A stretch of DNA of 64,000 nucleotides, taken from assembly GCA_963794475.1 (NCBI GenBank), contig CAWCDW010000009.1, positions 25,196-89,195 of the forward strand, in the 5' to 3' direction. How positions within the stretch are numbered: the stretch's first letter is position 1; every line of letters starts with the position of its first letter. The position numbers were made by a program, and so were the translations under genes. Positions 57,362-64,000 of this stretch are shown here, piece by piece. The notes under the pieces were generated by a model, which saw nothing but the letters and a program-made list of their open reading frames with translations, did not search any database and was not told the DNA's origin. The DNA comes from an uncultured Alphaproteobacteria bacterium. GTDB taxonomy: Bacteria; Pseudomonadota; Alphaproteobacteria; Rhizobiales; Beijerinckiaceae.

Positions 57362-58741
57362 TCAGCTCCCGCCTCTCCAGGTGATCCGCCACAAGGTGCC
57401 GTTGGCGTCCTCGCTTACGATCAAGGCGCCGTCATGGGCGACGACGACGCCGACCGGGCGTCCCCAGACATTCGCGTCGCTCGTGACGAAGCCCGTGAGG
57501 AAGTCCTGATATTCGCCGCGCGACACGCCTTCGTTGAGCTTGATTCGCACGAGCTTGTAACCCGTTCGCTTCGCGCGATTCCAGGAGCCGTGCAGCGCGA
57601 CGAAAGCATCCCCCTCATAATCGTGCGGGAAGGCCGCCGGCGCCGCTCCGGGCGGGCGCTCATAGAAGGTCATCGCGAGCGGGGCGGAGTGGGGCTGGAG
57701 CAGCACGTCCGGCACGCTCACCTTCGAGGCGAGATCGGCGCGCTCACCCTTGTGGCGCGGGTCCTGATGCGTGCCGATGTAATACCAAGGCCAGCCGAAG
57801 AAGCTTCCTTCCTTCACCCGCGTCACGTAATCGGGCGGCAAGTCGTCGCCGAGCCCGTCGCGCTCGTTTGTCGAGCACCACAGATCCTTGGTTTGCGGGT
57901 GAATGGCGAGGCCGACGCAATTGCGCAGCCCCGTCGCGAAGATATGGCCGGAGCGGCCTTCCGGGTCGAAGACGAGCACGTCGGCGCGATTTTCTTCCCG
58001 CCCCCAGGCGGCCCCGAGCGCGTGGCTTGCGATGAAGCCTTCTTCCTGGGCCTCCTCTCCGCGCAAGGTGTCGGCGTCATTCGAGGCCGAACCCACCGAG
58101 ACATACATTTTGCTGCCGTCCGGCGAGAAGGTCACGTCACGCGTCGTGTGGCCGCCGGTTGGCAAGCTCTTCACCACCACTTCCGGCTCGCCGCGCGCCG
58201 AAAGATCACCGTTCGTGTAGGGAAAACGCAAGACGGCGTTCGTATCGGCCACATAGACCCATTTCGGGTCGGGACCTGGCGGGTAGAAGGCGATGCCGAA
58301 AGGTTCATCGAGCCCTTGCGCGAACATCTCCACCTTGTCGGGTTTCGCGGCGCCGTCGGCGGCGCGGATGACGCGCACGCGCCCCGCGTAGGTTTCGGCG
58401 ACGAAGATGTCGCCGTTCGGCGCCACGCGCATGAGGCGCGGGCCGGAAAACCCGGTGGCGAAAGGCTCGACCGTGAAGCCCGGCGGCACTTTCGGCTTGG
58501 CGCCCTGCGGCGCTCGCGCCACCGACGGCCCATTGGCGGCGGGCCTTGTGGCGTAGGGCGCCGGCAGATCGGCCGTGGTGAGCTTGCGCCGAAGCCCCGG
58601 CTTGTCCGTCGTCCAATCCCCATAGGCTGCCGTGCCGTTGAGAACCTCGTTCTCGCCTTGCGAGCCACTCCCCTGCTGCGCGAGACCGCCCGAAAGCCCG
58701 GCGCCGAGAATCAGTAGGGCAAGAACGAGCTTCGCACGCAT
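57362..58741 (-). CDS. PQQ-dependent sugar / L-sorbosone dehydrogenase family protein, exported
   Basis: Signal peptide; APNGDIFVAE, GLRNCVG, NERDGLGDDLPPDY, HGSWNR, GRPVGV. Confidence 0.9.
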   Translation of the reverse strand: MRAKLVLALLILGAGLSGGLAQQGSGSQGENEVLNGTAAYGDWTTDKPGLRRKLTTADLPAPYATRPAANGPSVARAPQGAKPKVPPGFTVEPFATGFSGPRLMRVAPNGDIFVAETYAGRVRVIRAADGAAKPDKVEMFAQGLDEPFGIAFYPPGPDPKWVYVADTNAVLRFPYTNGDLSARGEPEVVVKSLPTGGHTTRDVTFSPDGSKMYVSVGSASNDADTLRGEEAQEEGFIASHALGAAWGREENRADVLVFDPEGRSGHIFATGLRNCVGLAIHPQTKDLWCSTNERDGLGDDLPPDYVTRVKEGSFFGWPWYYIGTHQDPRHKGERADLASKVSVPDVLLQPHSAPLAMTFYERPPGAAPAAFPHDYEGDAFVALHGSWNRAKRTGYKLVRIKLNEGVSRGEYQDFLTGFVTSDANVWGRPVGVVVAHDGALIVSEDANGTLWRITWRGGS

Positions 58742-58923
58742 CGGCTTCTCTCCTTAATGTCGCCGAAGACATAAACATGCCGGGCAAGGATCGCCAGCGC
58801 GGGAGCTTTGCCGGTTATCCGGTGTTGCCGCCTCGCATTGCCGAGATTTCGCGTCCGGGCTAAAAGGCGCGACCTTTCACCGAGTTCGGGCTCCGCAGCC
58901 CGCGCCGCAAGAGTTCGTGCCCA

Positions 58924-59214
58924 ATGCGCGCCATTCTCGACGTCATCCTTGCCGTTCTCGACATCTACTGGTTCATCATCATCGCGACCGCGGTGCTGAG
59001 CTGGCTCGTCGCCTTCAATGTGCTCAACGTCCGCAACGATCTCGTTCGCATGGTCTGGGATACGCTCACGCGGCTTACCGAGCCCGTGTTGCGGCCAATC
59101 CGCCAACGTTTGCCGGATATGGGCGGCGTCGATGTCTCGCCGATCATCGTGCTTCTAATCATCTATTTCATCGAGCGCTTCATCGCTTATTACGTCTATC
59201 CCAACGTCCTTTAA
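58924..59214 (+). CDS. YggT family membrane protein
   Basis: LSWLVAFNVLN..LTEPVLRPIR..GGVDVSPII. Confidence 0.93.
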   Translation: MRAILDVILAVLDIYWFIIIATAVLSWLVAFNVLNVRNDLVRMVWDTLTRLTEPVLRPIRQRLPDMGGVDVSPIIVLLIIYFIERFIAYYVYPNVL

Positions 59215-59219
59215 GCCGC

Positions 59220-59546
59220 ATGGTTGCGCCTGCCGATCACCTGCGCCTCGAGGTGCGCCTGACACCGCGCGCGGCGCGCGATTTTCTCGAAGGCGAGACG
59301 CGGCTTTCCGACGGCAGGCGGGTGCTCTCGGCGCGGGTGCGGGCGGTTCCCGAAAAAGGGGCGGCGAACGAGGCGCTTCTATCCCTCATCGCAAGGAGCT
59401 TCGGGGTCGCGCGAAGCCGCGTCTCGCTCGTCGCCGGTCATGGCTCGCGGCTCAAGTCGGTGCGCGTCGAAGGCGAGCCTTTGAGCCTTACGGCCGCGCT
59501 TGAGGCGTATCGGCAGATTACACCATCGAAGAAGGAGACTGCATGA
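59220..59546 (+). CDS. DUF167 (YggU/UPF0235) family protein
   Basis: [29 protein letters not shown]. Confidence 0.88.
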   Translation: MVAPADHLRLEVRLTPRAARDFLEGETRLSDGRRVLSARVRAVPEKGAANEALLSLIARSFGVARSRVSLVAGHGSRLKSVRVEGEPLSLTAALEAYRQITPSKKETA

Positions 59547-60427
59547 GCGCGCGCGTCATCGACGGCAAAGCGATCGCCGAGGCGCTTCGGGCCAAGGTGG
59601 CGGCGCGGGTCGCGGCGCTGAAGGCGTGCCACCAGGCAACGCCGGGCCTTGCGGTCGTGCTCGTCGGCGACGATCCGGCGAGCCGCGTCTATGTGGCCAA
59701 CAAGGCGCGCCAGACGGTCGAAGCGGGCATGCGCTCCTTCGAGCACAAGCTCCCTGCCGCCACGAGCCTGACGGAGCTTCTCGCGCTCGTCGAGCGCCTC
59801 AACGCCGATGACGAGGTCGACGGCATCCTCGTGCAATTGCCGCTCCCTCGCCAGATCGACGCCACCCGCGTCATCGAAGCCATCGATCCGCGCAAGGATG
59901 TCGACGGGCTGCATCCCATGAATGCCGGGCTTTTGCTCGCCGGCGCGCCGGCGCTCGCGCCTTGCACGCCGCTCGGCTGCCTCGAGCTCGTCAGCAGCGT
60001 GCGGCCCGATATTGCGGGTGCCGAAGCCGTGGTGGTCGGCCGCTCGATCCTCGTCGGCAAGCCGGTAGCGCAATTGCTCCTGGCGGAAAGCGCGACGGTG
60101 ACCATCGCCCATTCGCGCACGCGCGATCTTCCCGGCGTCTGCCGGCGCGCCGATATTCTCGTTGCGGCGGTCGGCAAACCGGAAATGATCCGCGGCGATT
60201 GGGTGAAGCCCGGCGCCATCGTCATCGATGTCGGCATCAACCGCGTGCCGAACCCGTCGGCGGGGGAAGGGCGCACCAAGCTCGTCGGCGATGTCGCCTA
60301 CGCGGAAGCCGCGAAGGTCGCGGGCGCGATCACGCCGGTTCCCGGAGGCGTCGGCCCGATGACCATCGCCTGCCTGCTCTCGAACACGCTCGAAGCGGCG
60401 ATGCGGAGGCGGGGGATTGGCGAGTAG
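59543..60427 (+). CDS. folD: Methylenetetrahydrofolate dehydrogenase/cyclohydrolase
   Basis: [46 protein letters not shown]. Confidence 0.97.
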   Translation: MSARVIDGKAIAEALRAKVAARVAALKACHQATPGLAVVLVGDDPASRVYVANKARQTVEAGMRSFEHKLPAATSLTELLALVERLNADDEVDGILVQLPLPRQIDATRVIEAIDPRKDVDGLHPMNAGLLLAGAPALAPCTPLGCLELVSSVRPDIAGAEAVVVGRSILVGKPVAQLLLAESATVTIAHSRTRDLPGVCRRADILVAAVGKPEMIRGDWVKPGAIVIDVGINRVPNPSAGEGRTKLVGDVAYAEAAKVAGAITPVPGGVGPMTIACLLSNTLEAAMRRRGIGE

Positions 60428-60525
60428 CGAATAGCGAGATCGAGTGAAGAGTAAAGAGTGACATCGCCACTTACTATTCACTCCTCCACTTCTCCTGTTC
60501 ACTATTTCGCTACTCGCTACTCGCC
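60419..60525. repeat. Heptamer-armed inverted repeat between convergent folD and opgD
   Basis: GGCGAGTAGCGAATAGCGA (60419-60437) pairs 18/19 with TCGCTACTCGCTACTCGCC (60507-60525); inner AGTGAAG-type units. Confidence 0.88.
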
Positions 60526-60535
60526 CCTTCCCCGT

Positions 60536-62101
60536 TCAAAACGGATAATATTGATACGCCCACGTCTCCGAGAGCGTCTTCTCGCCGAGCTTGAGGTAGC
60601 AGCGCAATTCCACTGGGTCTTGACCGTCGACGATGAGGTCGAACTGGGTGCGCCAATGGCCGGGCACATCGTCGGGCACGGGCTCGGTGAAGCGATAGGG
60701 GCCGAACGTGCCGCGCGAGGCCGTCACCACGGGTTCGGGCTTCACGCCGTAGGGAAGGTCGCGCAACGGCGCGCCCTCGAACTCGATCAGGAATTTGCGC
60801 ACGCCCTTCGGGCGCGGCTGGCCCGGCTGTCCGCCGCGCCCGAGGCGCGTCGCGAGGACGCGCGCGAGCGGCGTCGGGAAGGGTTCGTCGGCGAGCCAGT
60901 AAAGCCGGTAGCTGAAGGAGAGGTTTTGCCCCGCCACGGTCGGCGCCTTCGGCACCCAGCTCGCCACGATATTGTCGTGGATCTCGTCATCCGTCGGGAA
61001 TTCGAGAAGCTGCACGGCGCCTTGCCCCCAATCGCCGAGCGGTTCCACCCAGGTCGAGGGGCGCTTCTCATATTTCACGCCGTCCTGATAATGATCGAAA
61101 TTGCGGTCGCGTTGCAGAAGGCCGAAGCCCCGCGGATTTTCATCGAGGAAGCTCGAGAGCGTCGTGCGCGGCGGATTGTTCAAGGGTCGCCAGATATGCT
61201 CGCCGGCCCGCGTCCAGAGCGCGAGCCCGTCCGAATCATGCACGGAAGGGCGCCAGTCGATGGCCGTCGGCTTCGCGGTTTGCGAATACCAAAACATCGA
61301 GGTGAGCGGCGCGATGCCGAGGCGCTCGATCGGCGCGCGCGTGTGAAGGTCGGCGTCGATATCCATCACCACGCCCTTGCTGCGGTGCAAGGCGAAACGG
61401 TAGGCGCCGGCAAGGCTCGGCGAATCGAGAAGCGAATGCAGGATGACGGGATCGTCATCCGTGGCGGCCGGCTCGATCCAATGCGCCACGAAGTCCGGGA
61501 ACTCCTCCGGTCCCGTGCCGCCTGGCGTGATCGCGGCGCCGCGTGCCGACATGCCGACCTGGCCGAGCTCGCCCACGGCGCGAAAATAGGAGGCGCCGAG
61601 GAAGGTAACCCAAGGCTCGAGCGTCTTCCAATCGGGGCCGTCGCGCGCTTCCATGACCCACAGGCCGGCGAAGGCCGAAGCATCCTTCGGCAAGGAGGCG
61701 GCCGGGCTCGAGGGCGGTATGGTGAAATAGTCCGGCCGGTAGAGAATCTCGCGCGCCTCTCCGTTGGTCACGGCATACATGCGCACCGTCTTCGGAAAGT
61801 ATCGCCCGACATGCTGGAAAGTGATCGGGTAGGCCCCGCCGCCGTCGCCCCAAAGCGCATAATCATAGCGGAAATGGAGCTTGCCATGCGCGTCGTAATC
61901 GAGCTTCTGTACGATGTCGGGGCTCGGGCGCGGCGGGGGGACAAAGGGCTGCGCCGCGAGCGCCTTGGCCCGCTCCTTCAAAGCGTCATGCGAGAACGGG
62001 GCCGGCGGGCCGAAGTCGAGGGAGGCGGGCTTCGCCTTTGCATCGGCGGCTCCGAGCACGGATGCCGCCATCGCCTGCAACATATGCCTGCGGCTCAGCA
62101 T
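60536..62101 (-). CDS. opgD: Periplasmic glucan biosynthesis protein OpgD/OpgG (MdoD/G family)
   Basis: Tat-like LSRRHML leader (favours OpgD); FLGASYFRA, EEFPDF, PLTSMF, DEIHDNIVA, SETWAYQ. Confidence 0.88.
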   Translation of the reverse strand: MLSRRHMLQAMAASVLGAADAKAKPASLDFGPPAPFSHDALKERAKALAAQPFVPPPRPSPDIVQKLDYDAHGKLHFRYDYALWGDGGGAYPITFQHVGRYFPKTVRMYAVTNGEAREILYRPDYFTIPPSSPAASLPKDASAFAGLWVMEARDGPDWKTLEPWVTFLGASYFRAVGELGQVGMSARGAAITPGGTGPEEFPDFVAHWIEPAATDDDPVILHSLLDSPSLAGAYRFALHRSKGVVMDIDADLHTRAPIERLGIAPLTSMFWYSQTAKPTAIDWRPSVHDSDGLALWTRAGEHIWRPLNNPPRTTLSSFLDENPRGFGLLQRDRNFDHYQDGVKYEKRPSTWVEPLGDWGQGAVQLLEFPTDDEIHDNIVASWVPKAPTVAGQNLSFSYRLYWLADEPFPTPLARVLATRLGRGGQPGQPRPKGVRKFLIEFEGAPLRDLPYGVKPEPVVTASRGTFGPYRFTEPVPDDVPGHWRTQFDLIVDGQDPVELRCYLKLGEKTLSETWAYQYYPF

Positions 62102-62123
62102 GGCGCGCTCAAGAGGGCTTGGC

Positions 62124-62387
62124 TCAGCGCCCGCGGCCGGCGAACTCGACCCGCAAGGCGCTGCGCACGAACATGACGAGAAGCGCGATGCCTGCGGCGG
62201 CGAAAATCGCCATAAGCGCATAGGTGAGGGTCGGGCCGAGCTCGATGAGGCCGGCGAGCGCCCATCCGGCGGCGAGCGCGGCGCCCATGATTTCGGTGCC
62301 CACGAGGACCGCGACGCTGATCACCGTGAACAAGCCCCCGCCGCTGTCGCCCGAGCGAGGAACGGACATATTCCGGTTCTGAGCCAT
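62124..62387 (-). CDS. Small two-helix membrane protein (hypothetical)
   Basis: VISVAVLVGTEIMGAALAAGWALAGL..ALRVE hydrophobic hairpin. Confidence 0.65.
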   Translation of the reverse strand: MAQNRNMSVPRSGDSGGGLFTVISVAVLVGTEIMGAALAAGWALAGLIELGPTLTYALMAIFAAAGIALLVMFVRSALRVEFAGRGR

Positions 62388-62442
62388 GGCTTGGGTTACG
62401 ACAGGAAAAGCCGATCCGCAAGCTTTGGGGGCGCAAGCGCGC

Positions 62443-63222
62443 TCAACCAGGGTCAGGGTCGAGCCCCTCGATCGCCGCCACGAGCCGCGCGAGGTCTTCC
62501 TCGCGCGACAAGCGATGGTCGCCGTCCTTGATCAGCGTGATGATGCTCTCGTCGCCCGAGAGATGCTCCATCAGCGTCAGGGCGTGGCGCCAGGGCACGT
62601 CCGGATCGCGCATGCCTTGCAGGATATGGACCGGACATCCCGTCTGGATCGTGCCGCCGAGAAGCAGGTGGCGCTTTCCCTCCTCGAGGAGATTTCGCGT
62701 GACCGGGTAAGGCTCCGGCGAATAGGCGGAAGGCCGCAAATACACGCCCTTTTCCTCGATCTCGCGCCGCGCCTGCGGCGAGAGCTCCTTCCCCATGAGC
62801 GCTTCCGTGAAATCGACGGCCGGCGCGATGAGCACGAGGCCGATGGGGCGAAGCTTCGGCGTTTCCTTGCCGAGCTCTCGCGCGGCGAGCAAGGCGATCC
62901 AGCCGCCCATCGAGGAACCGACGAGAAGCGGGCGCGCGCCGGCGTGCCGGCGAATGACGGCGAGCGCCTCCGCGAGCCAGCGGCCGATCGTGCCGTCCTC
63001 GAAGCGACCCCCCGACACGCCATGGCCCGAATAATCGAAGCGCAGGAAGGCCCGGCCCTTGCGTTGTGCCCAGGCGTCGAGATGGGCGGCCTTGGTCGCG
63101 ACCATGTCCGATTTGAAACCGCCGAGCCACACCACGGGCGCGCCTTCGCCCTGCCGCGACAGGATCGCGATACGCCGCGCCTCGTCGCCCTCGCCGACGC
63201 TCAACCATTGCGTTTCACACAT
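62443..63222 (-). CDS. Alpha/beta hydrolase
   Basis: GGFKSDM, RFDYSGHG, GSSMGGW, DPDVP, GDHRLS. Confidence 0.93.
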   Translation of the reverse strand: MCETQWLSVGEGDEARRIAILSRQGEGAPVVWLGGFKSDMVATKAAHLDAWAQRKGRAFLRFDYSGHGVSGGRFEDGTIGRWLAEALAVIRRHAGARPLLVGSSMGGWIALLAARELGKETPKLRPIGLVLIAPAVDFTEALMGKELSPQARREIEEKGVYLRPSAYSPEPYPVTRNLLEEGKRHLLLGGTIQTGCPVHILQGMRDPDVPWRHALTLMEHLSGDESIITLIKDGDHRLSREEDLARLVAAIEGLDPDPG

Positions 63223-63400
63223 GTGCGCCGCCGCCCCTTTCTCGAATGGTCAACTCGCCTTTTCCTTGGGCCTGTATCCTTGGGCCTATTGCAAAAAAGG
63301 AAGCACTAATTTTGCGCAAGAATTCGGCGTGAAAGAAAGGCAGGATGGTTCCGCGCTCCTTCCGGCATCAGGCTCCGGGATCTCGAAAAAGGGGAAATCC

Positions 63401-64000
63401 ATGTATCGGCTTCACTGTTTTGCGCAATCCGGCAATTGCTACAAGGTGGCCCTCATGCTGGCCCTCACCGGCCTTCCGTGGGAACCGGTTTTCGTCGATT
63501 TCTTCAAGGGCGAGACGCGGGAAGAGCGTTACCGGAGCGAGGTCAACGAGCAAGGCGAGGCCCCGGTCCTCGAGATCGACGGCAAGCGCATGAGCCAGTC
63601 GGGCGTGATTCTCGATCTCCTGGCGCGCGAGACGGGGAAATTCGCACCCGGAGACGAGGACGAGCGGGCGCAGTGCTGGCGCTGGATCTTGTTCGACAAT
63701 CACAAATTCACAGGGTATTTATCCGTTTATCGTTTCCTGCGGACATTCATGAAGGACACCGATCCCGCCGTGCTTGCCTTCCTCAAAGCGCGCGCCGAGC
63801 GGGCTTTTGCGATCGCGGACAAGCATTTCTCGAACCATGCCTTCCTGCTCGGCGAAAGGCCGACGATCGCCGACATCTCGATGGCGGGATATGTTTTCTT
63901 TCCGGTTGAGGAAACCGGATTCGATTTCAAGGGGTCCTATCCGTCGATCGATGCCTGGCGCGAGCGCATCAAGGCCTTGCCGGGATGGCAACACCCTTAC
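63401..64000 (+). CDS. Glutathione S-transferase family protein, running off the window end (absent from the ORF track)
   Basis: Manual translation MYRLHCFAQSGNCYKVALML..GEAPVL..SQSGVIL..GERPTIADISMAGY. Confidence 0.9.
   Translation, partial: MYRLHCFAQSGNCYKVALMLALTGLPWEPVFVDFFKGETREERYRSEVNEQGEAPVLEIDGKRMSQSGVILDLLARETGKFAPGDEDERAQCWRWILFDNHKFTGYLSVYRFLRTFMKDTDPAVLAFLKARAERAFAIADKHFSNHAFLLGERPTIADISMAGYVFFPVEETGFDFKGSYPSIDAWRERIKALPGWQHPY

Overview
64 kb of GC-rich chromosomal DNA. Gene families and codon style point to a Hyphomicrobiales (Rhizobiales)-type alphaproteobacterium (inference). It is mostly housekeeping and metabolic: a polar amino-acid ABC transporter end, ppa, kup, deoA, ghrA, a partial cobalamin cluster (cobU-cobO-cobQ, cbiB, cobD), yggT-DUF167-folD, opgD/G, tRNA-Ser(GGA), and many amine/N-methyl catabolic genes (three DAO-family flavoproteins, a DoeA-like peptidase, a GcvT-family dehydrogenase, soxBDAG). 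No CRISPR array, integrase, intact transposase or phage structural gene was seen. Most notable: (1) a histidine-ammonia-lyase-family gene lacking the MIO-forming Ala-Ser-Gly, between a dimethylglycine-dehydrogenase-like gene and soxBDAG; (2) a ~10 kb accessory tract between kup and tRNA-Ser carrying three copies of a 16-bp motif (two form a perfect inverted pair around an orphan solute-binding gene), an internally deleted duplicate of kup, and a D-aminoacylase/D-carbamoylase cluster; (3) a dispersed family of heptamer-armed inverted repeats at gene 3' ends; (4) a dual-kinase sensor with a FAT-GUY response regulator; (5) two decayed toxin-antitoxin relics. Single-base indels in soxA, soxD, an AraC gene, a quinone oxidoreductase and the tRNA may be assembly errors rather than true decay.
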